This document shows, in pieces, positions 50,001 through 63,174 of a stretch of 64,000 nucleotides of DNA. Numbering within the stretch: position 1 is the first letter of the stretch; every line of letters starts with the position of its first letter. The notes beneath the pieces are model-generated. The model saw nothing but the letters and a program-made list of their open reading frames with translations, was not told the origin of the DNA and did no database searches. This stretch comes from Vicugna vicugna (Eukaryota). Position numbers and translations under genes: made by a program. The stretch is from the NCBI GenBank assembly GCA_013265495.1, contig MU057503.1, forward strand, positions 1-64,000. The letters are read 5' to 3'.

Positions 50001-50883
50001 AATGAAAAATGCTCAGTATCGTAATTATCAAAGGAATGCACATCAAAACTACAGTGAGGTATCACTTCACCCCAGTCAAAATGGTCATCATTAAAAAGTC
50101 CACAAACAATAAATGCTGGAGAGGGTGTGGAGAAAAGGGAACCCTCCCATACTGTTGGTATGAATGCAGTTTGGTGCAGCCACTATGGAAAACAACATGG
50201 AGATTCCTCAAAAAATAAAACTAGACTTACCATCTGATCCAGCAATCCTACTCCTGAGCTTATATCCAAAGGGAACTCTAATTCAAAAAGATACCTGCAC
50301 CCCAATGTTCATTGTAACACTATTCGCAATAGCCAAGACTTGGAAGCAACCTAAACATCCATCAACAGATGGCTGGATTAACAAGTTGTGGTATATTTAT
50401 GCAATGGAATACTACTCAACCATAAAAAAGAATAAAATAATGCCATTTGCAGCAACATGTATAGACCTGGAAATCATCATTCTAAGTGAAGTAAACCAGA
50501 AAGAGAAAGAAAAATACTGTATGATACCACTCATACGTGGAATCTAAAAAAAAAAAAAGGAAGAAGAAGAAGACACTAATGAACTACAGAACAGAAACAA
50601 ATGCACAGACATAGTAAACAATCTTACGGCTCCTGGGGGAGAGGGGGTGGGAAGGGATAAATTCAGAGTTTGAGATTTGTGAATATTAACTAGTATATAT
50701 AAAATACATAAGCAACAAGTTTCTTCTGCATAGCACAGGGACCCACATTCAGTATCTTGTAGTAACCTATAATGAAAAAGAATATGAAAACAAACATGTG
50801 TATGCATATATATGACTGAAACATTATGCTGTACACCAGAAATAGTTGATGCATTGTAAACTGACTGTATTTCGATTTAAAAA
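50001..50883 (+). mobile_element. L1 ORF2 C-terminus (Cys-rich domain) and complete 3'UTR, artiodactyl/camelid type
   Basis: [35 protein letters not shown], frameshift, [13 protein letters not shown]...DTCTPMF...AKTWKQPK...MEYYSTIKKNKIMPFAAT...*; 3'UTR homologous to 61397-61745. Confidence 0.95.
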
Positions 50884-50906
50884 GTCATGATCACAGAAAA
50901 AGATTT

Positions 50907-51305
50907 TGTTATGGGCTGAATTGTGTCCCCCAAAAATTCATATGTGGAAATTCCAACCTCTAGTACCTCAGAAAGTAAGCATATTTGGAGGTAAATTCTT
51001 TGAAGTGGTAGCTAAGCTAAAATGTGGCCAATGCTGGCAGGTTGGGGAGGGGTTAATCCAATAAAACTGGTTCCTTATAAGATGAAGAAGAGACAACAGG
51101 AATGTGTACACACAGAAGACAGATCTAGAGAGGACACAACAAGAAGGTGACCATCTGCAAGCCTGGAAGAGAGGTGTCAAAAGATACCAAATGTGCCAAC
51201 ACTCATCCTGGACTTCTAGCCTCCAGAAATGTGAAAAAATAAATTTCTGTTGTTTAAGCCACCCAGTCTGTGATTCTGTTATGGTCGCCCTAGCAAACCA
51301 GTACA
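50907..51305 (+). mobile_element. MaLR solo LTR (MLT1B/C-like)
   Basis: tgttatgggctgaattgtgtcccccaaaaattcatatg...ggacttctagcctccagaaatgtgaaaaaataaatttctgttgtttaagccacccagtctgtg...ccctagcaaaccagtaca; TG...CA termini. Confidence 0.92.
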
Positions 51306-52099
51306 GGTGTGAACGAGCATCCACAATTCATTGCATAATAGTATTTCCAAATTCTAAAAACTGCCAATTGTTTTCGTAAGCTGAAATTCCAATCGCTTTT
51401 ATTGATTAAGTCTCCTGTTTGTTGTAGATTTTGGATATGCCACTTTCTATTTGTATCGTATTATAGTTACAGTTATTCATAATAGATTTAATTTTGCTAT
51501 TCTAAGGTGCTTCCAATTTTGTTTTCTAAATATAACAAACTGTGTTTTGGGAAATGTGTTTTAGGAAATAAGGTATTTTAGATCTGAAATTCCACACACT
51601 GACTCAGTTTGTTCAGTCTAAGACTCAACATCTTTTTAACGAGTCTGTTTAGACTGATTATTTAAATGCTTAGCACTTCAGATGTTTCAAATATCTAATC
51701 TTTATGAGGTTCAACTACTTCTGCAGTAAAAAGTGGTTACTGGTTTCAGATACTGCCTTAACTTTTCCTTTAAAAAATAGATGAAATAGAATTAAAACAA
51801 GCATCAAGAAAATGGAGAATGACATTTATGTTTCCCTTTTTATGTGATAGACACAAATAATCTGGGAATAAGCTTTAAGGTGTTTTTGATATAATGTATA
51901 ACCTAAAAATGCATAGATAAAAAAATTAAAACAGTAACACACTATAGTCTGCCATGTCAACTCTGAAAATATGATTAAATACTGAATTTCCTTAATCATC
52001 ATATATTTGGGGAACTAGTTCATCTTTCTCTCTCTGTACCTTAGGTATACAAAGTTGGATTAATCATAATCCTTGGCTCATAACATACTCTCATCATTG

Positions 52100-53300
52100 G
52101 TAATCACAGGACCCACTTTCGTTTACTTAGTCATTTAACAAGTAATAAGGAACCATGAATTTCCCCACCCAAAAGAAATAAGAGGATTTTGATGGCAACC
52201 CACATTCAGTACTCATGACCTCGCATGACAACCCTTTTGACTCCCAGACTTGAGGCAATAACCATACTCATTTCCATATTCATCATTCCCTTGGTGTTTA
52301 ACAGCATTATTACATCTAGCTGTATTTCAAGAGGTATTTTAGTTGTTTTAACTTTATAAAAATGGTATATTGTAAATAATATTTTAGAATTTGATTTTTT
52401 TACTTAGTATTACATGACTAAGATTCATTCATATTCGTAAACGCTGTACTTCATTTGGCTACTGTGTCATATTTTACTGTGAACGTATCACAGTTTATTC
52501 ATCCACTCTCCTACTGATATGCATCTGGATTGTTTCCAGATTATTCTTTAAATGGCACTGAAGTGAACATCCTTGTACATGTTTTCCATTGCCCATGTAA
52601 ATGAGTTTTACTGAATATCTACCAGGGGAATTTCTGGGTTATAGGATATATGAATGTGCAATTTTTTCCAAAATGTTCGATGTTTTCTAAAATGATTGCA
52701 CCAATTTGCACTCTGACCAGCAATGAACATCCAGTGGATCTATATCCTCTCCAACAATTGTTATTATCAGACTTTTAATTTGGGGGCCAAAAGGAAAGTA
52801 TAAAATGATACTATTATTATTGTCTTATTTGCATTTCCATGGTCATTAGTGGGTGTGATACGATGTAAGGACCACCTCTTCACATGTTTGTTGGCCATAT
52901 GAGTTTCTCTCCTGTGAAATGACTGTTAAGGGCTTTTGCCTGCTTTTCTTACTGATTAGTAGATTCTTACTGTTTCTGTGCCCCTGTGTCAGTTATGTAT
53001 ATTGTGAATAACTTCTCCCGGTTTGTGACAGGACTTTCTTTTCTTTAAGTGGTCTCTTGATGAACTAAAGTTCTTTTTTTACTTTTAGTAAAATTTGTCT
53101 TTTCTTTTATAGTCAACATGTTTCATGCCTTATTCAAGGAATTTTTTAAAGGAATATTTTCCTACTTCTAGGTCTAAAGCACATTCACCTTTATTTTCTA
53201 CTAAGTTTTTCAAGATTTCCTTTCAACATTTAAATCCTTAGTCCTTCTGGAGTTGATCCTTTTATACAGTGTGAGGTGAGAATCAAATCTCCTAACTATC
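52100..53300 (-). mobile_element. Old L1 (L1ME-like) 3' region
   Basis: aagattcattcatatt...cacagtttattcatccactctcctactgatatgcatctggattgtttccag...tgaacatccttgtacatg...ttgcaccaatttgcactctgaccagcaatg...atttgcatttcc. Confidence 0.85.
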
Positions 53301-55623
53301 TTGACACTTCATGAACTATTTATTCAGGCATTGATCTCTAGTGATAGGAAACTGCTATTATATGATTCTAAAATAAACTAGCCCCTCAATTCTGATATTA
53401 CTTATACAATACTTCCTATATTAAAGAAAATCTTGCACAGTAGAAATTGAAGTTGCTAATTCAACTTCATAGACACTAAGAAAAATTACAAAAAGGAAAG
53501 AAACATGAAGATGATTTTCCTGACAACCAAGCATCCTCAATCAAGGCATATTTTTAAAAAATCTATTTTAACTAACTGAAACACACAAACTGACACATAC
53601 ACACACCATACACAGAAAGTAAGGGCAATGTCGAAAAGGCGAGCATGATCATTGCTCCACATAGCAACTCCCGTTTCCATTTTTGCATTCCTACTAGAAT
53701 TTAATTGGTTTTACAATCATTCTGTATATTGGTTATTTTGAATTCTACTCTAAAATGAAGTTAAATTACCCTCTATCTTAAATATAAGTAGTTCACAAAT
53801 AAAGAAATAGCATACCAAAAAGTAAATTAATTGACAAATATCCACTGTCTCAGAGGAGCCCTTGTTTCTCTATTTCTCCACTATTTTACTCTATAAAAGT
53901 GAAAGAGTTTAACTTCCAATCCATTTAACACTATCTACTAAACATCTACTATGGGCAAAGCACTGAATAAGATAAAGGACACAAATGTGCTCTATAATAT
54001 AATCAGGGAGACAAATTTTAAATGGGACCAACTAGGAAAAGTTATAAAAGTACCCCAAAATGTTGCCTGAGTTCAATTGTGTTTGTAATTACTAAACACC
54101 TAAGAGGATATGACATTGTACATTTCAATGGTCTCACTAAACAGGCATTTTTTATTTCTTTTTAAGGAGTCCATTTGGTATTTCATGATGCTGGAAATTT
54201 AGAACAGAAACAGTCAACAGCAGCAAAATTTATTAGGCTAAATCCGTTTCCAGCCATGCCGCAGACCATAACATAAACACTGGCGTACAAGATGATGAAC
54301 GTTGCCAACATTTCATGAAGGCTTTTCTCCAAACCCAAAAGAGAAGAGGAAAAACTTAAGAACAGGGTCTGTCCACACTCTCCTGTCCCACAGTATACAG
54401 AGTCAGACAGTTCCAACCTACTCAGTTACCTGGCTTTAGCTTTCTACCTGGCCCAAGAGCAGGACCAGCTCTGTATAAAGTTATGAAGGTTTTTAATGCC
54501 TGCTCTAGGCTCTCTTTCTTCGTTTTCCTTCCCTGTCCTATCTGTTTCCCACACTCCCACTGCCTTTATTCAGAATGTCTAATGGAGCATTCCAAGCATC
54601 CCACCCAGGCCTTCCAGTTCCCAGGGACACACTGGGATTTCTATGACTTGCCCAAGGTAGATTCTAACTCTGCCCACTAGTCCTCCCACATCAAGGTTCT
54701 ATCCAGTGTCACATGCCCTATGAGCTTTGTGCGTCTGCCAAGTTATTTCCAACCTAATCTCACAGAGAATGTACAACAATATGAGAAATTTAGAGAGGCC
54801 CATCCTTCCCAGGGGGGTGAATATAATCATGAGGCTTTCAGTCCAGGTAGAAAAAAAAGTATGGTGTCACAAAAATTTAAAGAAAATCCTTTGCATGTGT
54901 AGTCAAAAGACCTCAGATTAAGTCTGAAGTCCACAATAACTCATGTGTGAGACTGGGTCATTTAAGTCTACTGAGACTCAGTTACTCAACATATTAAGCA
55001 GAAGGAGTAACAACAAATTCACATGACTTCTGTAGGAAAAAAAAAACATGAAGTATAAGAGAGTATTTATAAACTATAAAATGATCTTAAAATACAAGTG
55101 ATTTTCATTTTATGGCAATGATAAACCACTCAGAAAGATATTTAATTACACATCCCTCAAGACATTCAGTAGTAATGCCTACTTCACCTATGCCAGGAAC
55201 AGGACTGTCAACAAATTTGCAGAAGACAAGGATAATTTACAAAAGCATGCCTTCATTCAATCGTTGACCCAAAATAAAAAGTAAATGCCAGGCACAAGGG
55301 GATACAAGAGTAACCAAGGTAGACATGGTTCCTGACCTCATGGAGCTTATATTCTATCCATGGTTCAAAACAGCTAGAAAATGTGGAGACACAGCAAGCA
55401 CAAGCAGGACCACAGAAATCCCGGGTAAGCATCGATCTTACTGAAATGAGCATCATCTTTGCTTTTAACTGAAACAAGGGAGGCCATGCCATCTGATTTA
55501 CTTCCATAAATCAGCCTGTGAAACCAGCATAATCTTAAACCACATAACTTGCTTCATCATTCCTAACCAGCAAAAGACAAAGTAGTCTAGATGAGACCCA
55601 GGATTTACATAACAGAAATCTTA

Positions 55624-55658
55624 ATTTCTACACTTGAAAATATTTCTACACTTGAAAA
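55624..55658. repeat. Tandem duplication of 17 bp
   Basis: atttctacacttgaaaa at 55624-55640 and 55642-55658. Confidence 0.9.
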
Positions 55659-55704
55659 AGTAGGGTTTTTGCTTTCTGTTTGAGTGACAGGTTAGTTCTT
55701 TTAT

Positions 55705-55950
55705 AAAAACAGCTAACACACAGGGCTCACTAGGTTCTAGGCACTGTTTAACTCAGCAGATGACATCCTGTCTCATTTAACCGTTGCAACTCTTTATAAT
55801 TATTATCTTGCCATCTCATGGATGAGGGAAATAAGCCACAGAAAGGTGAAGAAACTTTTGCTAGGTCACACATCTACTTTTTGATGTGCCCAGGATTTAA
55901 ATTCAGGGTGTCTGATTATACAGTCCAATTGGTACCCACGGTGCTCTACT
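55705..55950 (-). mobile_element. MIR SINE
   Basis: tctcatttaaccgttgcaactc...tattatcttgccatctcatggatgagggaaataagccacagaaaggtgaagaaact...aggtcacacatct...ccaggatttaaattcagg. Confidence 0.8.
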
Positions 55951-58249
55951 GCCCTTTTATAGATTCCTCTCAATAGAGTAATTGATGGCTATAATAATGT
56001 AACAGAGATGAGGAACCACTGTTCAGCACCACCACAGTCCCTCCAGAACTCATTCGCAGGTACTGGGTACCTCCAGGAGCACCATTCCCACCAGCTTGGT
56101 GTGAATGACGCCCCCTATGAGTATGCAGTGTACAAACAGCACACTCCCTCCCAGGGGCCCAGATCTCCATTGTAACCATGCTTTCCTTCTCATAGCCTTT
56201 CTCACGTTGCTTCTCCACCCAGGAAGGCCCTGCCCGCTTCTCTCTTCAGCTCTCACCATGCACAAAACCACTCATTATTCAAGCCCGTCCGTATGCTCCT
56301 CGGAGCCTTTCTGGGCTCCTCTAGCCATTGCAAGGATCTGCAGACCTCTTCTATGAACACCTGCTTTGTGTTCAGTTTACTTTGTGGGCACTGGGAACCA
56401 CTGCTTAGCATTTGGTTACATCATGTTTCGTGTTTTACCAAGTACATTTGTTTACTCAACTACACGTAAGTTCATTGAGAATAGAACATGGTTCTGATTC
56501 TCCCCTCTGACTGCACCCCTCCCCAGTATGCAGAGATACATGCATATCCTACACCTCATGAACTACTAAGCGTTCAGTAACCACTGTCTGCATCGTTGGT
56601 GGACTGATTCATCTGTTGAATAAATACTCACCTGAGCTTAAATAGCCTCCAAGATTTTCTATACTCAGACATGGATGCACACACAAGGCGCAGGCCAGTG
56701 AGGTAACAGACTAAGAAAGGGAATTTTTTAAAGCTTTCACTGGGAGATTATCGTAAATATAAAAATCACAAGAAATGGAAATGTATAAGGATTCAATCCA
56801 AAAAGTTTTAAAGGGAGAACTGGCTAACTGAAAAGTAAGAAAAAGAAAGTCGTTTTACACCTTTAGCATTTAAAGTACCTTCTCAGGATCTGAAAATCAA
56901 ATGCTTCTCTCCAACACCTCTGTCATTATCCTTCAGAAGATGTCATATATCTCCCACATTCCAAGTACATCTTAAAATCCACATGGCTTGCACCTTCTGT
57001 TTTACTTCTTCCTTTTACCCTTTCTGACACACATACACCCCATATATCCTGACGTCTCCCGCTGGCCCCTCGAAAAATCTCCTTCTGACCATGAGTTACT
57101 AGTTTGAGTCATCAAAACAGCGCCAGAGGAAATTCTGTTCACTAGCTTGGGCTCCCTCTGCTGGGGCTGCAGCAGTAAAACAGACAACGCTGCAGAACTG
57201 GAGCTTACGGAACCCGTTCCCCACAGACATTCTCCTGCTTTAACTAAAACTCACTAGCCAACAAAATATCATCATTTGAAAGCAGAAAAGATTTAGGACT
57301 TGGATAAAATAGGAACAATAAATCAAGACAAGTGTTTGGTTTTTTTTTTTTTAACAAACTGTTACACAAATCAGTGCTTTTGCCCCCGCTCATTTTCACG
57401 TGCAGTAGAATGGTGGGATTCAGCAGGGGATCTCAAAGGTGGCAGAGAAAATGGTATAAAACTGGAAAGAAGGAAATAATGACAAGAAATAAGATCTGGA
57501 GGGCGTGTGTGTTGCTCAGAAGCAAATGCAGATGAACGTGACCCAAGGTTACAGAAAGTCCCTAAGGAGGGTTTCCGAGGAAGTAAAGCAGCAGCAGCAG
57601 CAGTTAGGTAGAATTACGAGGTGTTACACACAGAAGCTCTGATAACATCTCTGAAATATACTAGCAAACCTGATGGTATGAAGTATATTGAGCCCACATA
57701 GTCATGCACACACACACACCCCAACCCCCCTCCACTAAAATCACAAAGTGCATTCACATAAATTAAAGATAATAGAAATGCAGCATATATCAAAGTGGAA
57801 ATGGTGGGTATCGATTCCCATTAAAAGGAAGTATTATTTCTCATTTAATTGATTTGGTGCTTATTATGGTGCTGATTATGAAAGAGAATGGTTAAACTGA
57901 CCTAAAACAACCATCAGAGCAGGAGAAAGAATGAAAATACATCTAAGGCCTTTAAAACTCCAGAAAATACTGCCTGTAATAAAAATAATTTTTTCCCTTG
58001 AGACAGACTGGTGTCCTACAATACATATCTTAAGTCAATCCCAGGGTGATCTTACAGAACCAACAAATACTCAAGGAACTGGATATTCTCCAGCCTAGAA
58101 ATTCAGGGTCTGAGCTTTTCTCTCCAGAGTCCAGTATGGATCCTGGCAGAACCTGAGGCCTTCACTGGCAGCTCTTCTGGTGTTGCAGTCGCCTCCCTTC
58201 TCCATTGTCAAATAACTAGTGTCGTAAAGGGTTAACCAAGACCCCAGCC

Positions 58250-58442
58250 TATGACTAGCTACAAAATTGAGATGCCCAGGACAAAGTAAAAATGCAGGAC
58301 CCCTTATGCACAAAGTATTAAGAATTCCAAGACAGGGATAGCAGAGCATGAAACCAACCAAGTAAACCCTTCTCTGCACGGCCCTTCCAAGTGCAAGGCC
58401 CTCTGTGACTGCATCGGTCACACGCCCGTAAAGCCGGCCGTG
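58250..58442 (-). mobile_element. MER45A-like hAT-Tip100 MITE with 8-bp TSD
   Basis: Reverse complement matches MER45A as I recall it (cacggccggctttacgggcgtgtgaccgatgcagtcacagagggcc...cttggaattcttaatac...aattttgtagctagtcata). TSD ccccagcc (58242-58249) / ctccagcc (58443-58450). Confidence 0.85.
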
Positions 58443-58724
58443 CTCCAGCCCCAGGTTAGTTGGAGGTCAGCAGTAATAATAGCTTCTTGGGTCCTTCATC
58501 CCCAATATTCACAAAGATGCTACCTTTGTCTCACCATCCTCAAAGAATTTCCTTTGCAAGAGAGGTATCTTTGCTAAAACAAACATGGTTCTATTTAGTT
58601 CACCAAAAGCACACTAGAACCTGTTTTTTGTTCTGTGTATCCAAGTTTAGTTTCAGAGAAAGATCATCTGCTGAGAGGACCTAAGATAACTCATGCAGAC
58701 ATTTTTCTTCCCTTTCCTGTGAGG

Positions 58725-58965
58725 GGCTGTACAATTTAAGTGGTTAAAAACACAACCTCCAAAGTCAAACCACCTAGGTTCAAATCCCATCTCCACTACT
58801 GACCATCTGTGTCACTTTGAACAAGTTAAATCTGTTTCCAATAGCAAATGATACTAGTACATCTTCATAGTGTTGTTTACTGAGATGTATTATTTATTAT
58901 AGGTGTTGTTTATAAAGAGTTTAAGTGCTGAGCACATGATAAATGGTGAATTTGGTATTATTTTA
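58725..58965 (+). mobile_element. MIR SINE
   Basis: gtggttaaaaacacaacctccaaagtcaaaccacctaggttcaaatcccatctccactactgaccatctgtgtcactttgaacaagtta (tRNA-derived head and core). Confidence 0.8.
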
Positions 58966-59302
58966 TAATAAGAAATTTGTTCACATCTATTAGAATCTGG
59001 ATCCTGGAAAACCAGCTGGCTATGAGCCACCTGGCATTTAAAATTCAGTTGTGTTTGGTGTGGTTTAACAGACTGTCTTACATAAAGTAACCTTTGGTAC
59101 AGCCCCTAGGTTCTCCAGATTTTTAAAGGTCTTCATTTATTTTTTTATTCCATAAACATATATTAATTCTCTATTCTGTGATAAGCACTATGTTGGGCAT
59201 TAGGGATGTAAAAATGGACAAGGTTAAATTTCTGCTCTAAATGAGCCCACCAATCAGACACTTAAATGGACAATTTTAATACAATGCACCAAGTGCAACG
59301 AC

Positions 59303-59590
59303 TGTTGGAAGACAGTTCTCCAAGGCTCTCTTGTTTCTGCACTTTCTGAGCAAAGGCATTGACAGCTATTTTATTCCAGACTAGCTATTCAGGAGTGTTT
59401 GTATACCAAACAACCTTGCAGGACATAATGTCTCTGTCTCCTGGGCAGAGGGCGATTTGTTTTTTGACCAGAATAATACAGATAACGTGTCCTTCCAGGG
59501 CAAAGTTTGGGCAGGTTTGCTAGCAGCCCCCTTTAAAAGACTGAGGTTTGCAAAGTTCAGAATTCTTCACAAACCTGCTGTCTGTGTTTT
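59303..59590 (+). mobile_element. MER76-like ERVL LTR, 3'-truncated, inserted in an L2
   Basis: tgttggaagacagttctccaaggctctcttgtttctgcac...gcaaaggcattgacagc...ttccagactagctattcaggagtgtttgtatacc matches the MER76 start as I recall it; L2-like sequence flanks it at 59135-59302 and 59640-59790. Confidence 0.75.
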
Positions 59591-60624
59591 GAAGGGGAAA
59601 TTGGATAGTCCCTGCAGAGGGAACCCAGGTCTGAAATAGCCTCATATAGATGCATAAGTATAAAGAATGCAGTAATGCCAACAAGTAAGTCTGAGTCAGG
59701 AAATGAGGAAAGATGAGGCTGGAGAGCCAGGCAAAGGCAGAACCTTGAGGGACTTCATGTGCCAAGCATAGATTTATCTCATAATGGCTGTTTAGCTAAC
59801 AATTTTTCAGCATTACGGCTGTTGAAAAGGTATGCGTTTTTTTTTTGAGCAAATCTGTTTTTTTCCATGGAGCAATATTTCCCCCCTAAATCCACTAAAT
59901 AAACACACTAAGACATGACATACTGATATTACTGTTTTAGGGAGACACCAATTTACTTGCTTTACCACTTTTTAGTCAGTATCTTATGGAAAACATGTGA
60001 ATTAAGTACCATATTTGGAAGAACCCTCCCCCAAATTTTTGAGAGCAATAAAGAGAAATGATCGGTCTGTTGGGTACATGCATGCACTAGTTTCATCAAG
60101 GGTTCATGTATTAGATGTAGTCTTGGATTTAGCCTTGGATCTTCCTGTGCTATCGCTATAAAGTGAAGCTTCAGTACAAGATAATTATAAATCCAAAAAC
60201 GCTGAAGAACTGGTAAGGAAAATGGGTCAGAAAGAAGACTGCACCTTCCAAAACTGATCAACTCCATTGCTCACTACCCACGCCCAAGTCTTGTCTTCCT
60301 CCTTTGGCAAGTATAATAAACCATTTCATGTAGGAACTGGATTTATTTACTTTCAGATTGTTGTTTATTATTTATATGAACCTGTCTGTTGTTGAAATGC
60401 CATCTTTTTCTACCTGTGAAAAGTGTTTAGGTATCCTAAGTTGGGATGGAACCCATTATAATTTTTCTCATTAAAACTAATGGATTTCCTTCGGTTTTTC
60501 AGTTAGCAATAGGCTTTTTGAAGGTGAATTAAAGTCATTAAATGAGAGATAAATAAACTGAATTTTGTGGGAGGCTCTGAGGAGACAATGAACGTCTTAA
60601 GCAAAGCAAGGCAGTTATTATGAT

Positions 60625-60850
60625 CCAGTGCTCCCAAGTCAAAATACAGGGGATAAAACCTGGCTCCAATACGTATTAATATGTCACCTAGACCAAGTTT
60701 CTTCTTGTGCGTTAGTTTTCTTGTCTGTATAGTAAAGGTAATAACAGTTCCAACATCATACGGTTGTGAAAACTGAGATTTACTGCATATTGAGCACTTA
60801 GAAGAATATCAAGTACACAGTAAGGACTCAGTTAAACATTATCTGCTAAT
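60625..60850 (+). mobile_element. MIR SINE
   Basis: aaacctggctccaatacgtattaatatgtcacctagaccaagtt...gttttcttgtctgtatagtaaaggtaataacagt...gagcacttagaagaatatcaagtacacagtaagg. Confidence 0.75.
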
Positions 60851-61396
60851 ATTTGTAGACTACTCTGACAACAAATGTGGAAAATAGACCTGAAGGTATC
60901 AAGACTGGCAAGGAATAAATCTACTAGAGGCACAATCAAGGCAAGAAAAAAATGGGTGGGGAGGAAGCGGCAAGAGTACAGTGGAAAATAATGCAGTCTG
61001 TGTTGGACATGTTGAGATTAATTATATTTTTCCCCCTTCATCTCCCAGCAGTTTGTTCAGGTCAATTTTTTCACTCTTTTCTAAAACAGAAAGAAAAAAT
61101 ATTTAAAAGTTGAGTTAGGATTACACTTTGAAATAGAAACTGCAGAACATATAGGCTCCAGAATTTTCATTGTTTATTCAATGGTAATCTATTTAGAGAA
61201 TGGCCCTGGATGCCACATGCTTATTGTTAAGCGTAACAAAAATCAATGCACTGAGTTTCCACTCAGAGAATTCATTTCCTTGGAAACTGAGAGGCTATAA
61301 AACAGGCATTAAGCCTGTGTTTACCATGCCTTTCCCAAGGCTAATTATTCAACACAGCTGAGAGTTCAAAGTGTCTAACAGAAAGAGTTAATCCAT

Positions 61397-61793
61397 ATGT
61401 ATCACTCATATGTGGAATCTTAAAAAAAAAAAAAGACACTAACCAACTTATCTACAAAATAGAAACAGACTCACAGACATAGAAAACAAACTTAACGCTT
61501 TACTGTTGAGAAACGGGGTGGGAAGGGGTAAATTGAGAGTTTGAGATTTGCAAATAGTAACCAGTATATATAAAATAGATAAACAAGTTTATACTGTACG
61601 GCACAGGAAACTATATTCAATACCTTGCAGTACCCTCTAATGAAAAAGAACATGGAAAGGAATCTATGTATGTATATGTATGACTGAAACATTATCCTGT
61701 ACACCAGAAGTTGACACATTGCAAACTGACTATACTTCAGTTAAAAAACAAACAAATCCAGATTAAACAACAACAAAAAAAAACCCAAGAGGT
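61397..61793 (+). mobile_element. 5'-truncated L1 3'UTR (same family as 50001-50883)
   Basis: atcactcatatgtggaatct...aaatagaaacagactcacagacatagaaaacaaactt...tgactgaaacattatcctgtacaccagaagttgacacattgcaaactgactatacttcag, then an A-rich tail. Confidence 0.9.
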
Positions 61794-62967
61794 CCAAGGT
61801 CCACACAGGTACAAGTGCCAGATTTTGTTCCCTTCATTCTTTGTCTATCCTCTCACCACTTGTAACACATTACTATCCACGTCACTCCTCGCTGCTCCTG
61901 TCCCACTTGACAATCGAGACACTGCCCTGTCCCGTTCTCGTCCCTGGCGCCAGCACCTCCCCCAGTGGTTGCGCCAAAGGGCAGGGACGATTCCTGAATT
62001 ACGTTCCCTCTTCCCAGCATAGCATAGCACATATTCGGTGCTTAGTGAAAAAGGAATCATTGCTTACGTAAGCCCGCTTACTGATAAGCTACTTAATCAC
62101 CTCATAATTCAAAAGGTGGTTCAGAGGATAAGACTAGGGTCACGCAACAGGTGGTTTCTATTATTCTAGTCTCTGTAGTTGTAAATCCCATATATCATAT
62201 CTGAATCCATGTGTGCAAGAAGTTACTACAGATAAAATTAATTTCAGTCTCGTGCTTGAAACTTCTATTTTTTTCAAATAATTCAGGAAACACCGTAAAA
62301 AGTTCTACTTTCTTTACTGCACTAGCCCCGGGCTGTGAACATGACAGTCCTCCATAAATATTTAATTCATTAACTAATAAACAGATTCCTCTGGTTTTTC
62401 TACTGAGAAGTCGGTATTTTTCTTTTCCATTTTGTTGGATCGTGCACACAAACGTTATCCAAATAACAAAAGAATTTTCCTTCTTTCGTGTGTTCCCCTA
62501 GTAGGCTTAAAATAAATGTATGGGGTATTGTAACAACAGCTGTGCTGACAGAAATATTCTTCCAAGACCATGTCACCTATTTTCTTTTAAAGTATATTCA
62601 AAATACTTTAACAAAGATTAAGTTGTATTTCAATTCCGTTGTAATGTGAAAAGTAAACAGTCCTCCCTATAAGACAGAAGTGAGTAGCAATTCTAACTCA
62701 AAGAACTGTCATGACACAAGAATTAATTGGGCCTCTTCAGATAATTGTACCACAGCACCGCATCTTTATCCATCCAGCAATCGGGAATCCTCATAAACCA
62801 ACACGTCTACACGTCACCAATACGGTGGTAACTGATGTTGATAAAGACACCAACACACTGTAAGATGCTCAATTATCATCTAAACCACCAAAAGTGTTCC
62901 TTGTCATCTTGGAGTTTAACTGAATTTTGCTGAATTCAAACTTGGTAAGAAGTGCTAGCCTGCAGAG

Positions 62968-63174
62968 CAGAGTTTCTAGAGGTGTCTTAGACCAGATAAT
63001 ATTTCGCTGTAAGGACTGCCCTGAGCATTGTAGGATGCGTAGCAGCATTTCTGGGCTTTACCCACTACATGCTAGTAGCACCTCTTCCTCCCACCACCCT
63101 GACAATCAAAAATGTCTCCAGGCATTGCCAAAAGTCCCCTAGGGGGCAAAACTGTCCCCAGCTGAGAGCCATGG
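62968..63174. mobile_element. MER20 hAT-Charlie MITE
   Basis: ggactgccctgagcattgtaggatgcgtagcagcatttctggg...cccactacatgctagtagcac...aaaatgtctccaggcattgccaaaagtcccctagggggcaaaactgtccccagctgagagccatgg. Confidence 0.9.

Noticed and set aside
50009..50547. ORFs as host CDS or active L1
   Set aside because: 5'-truncated L1 ORF2 C-terminus with a frameshift; no ORF1, EN or RT.
62195..62449. 84-aa - strand ORF as a transposase remnant
   Set aside because: No recognisable DDE/hAT motifs or TIRs by eye.
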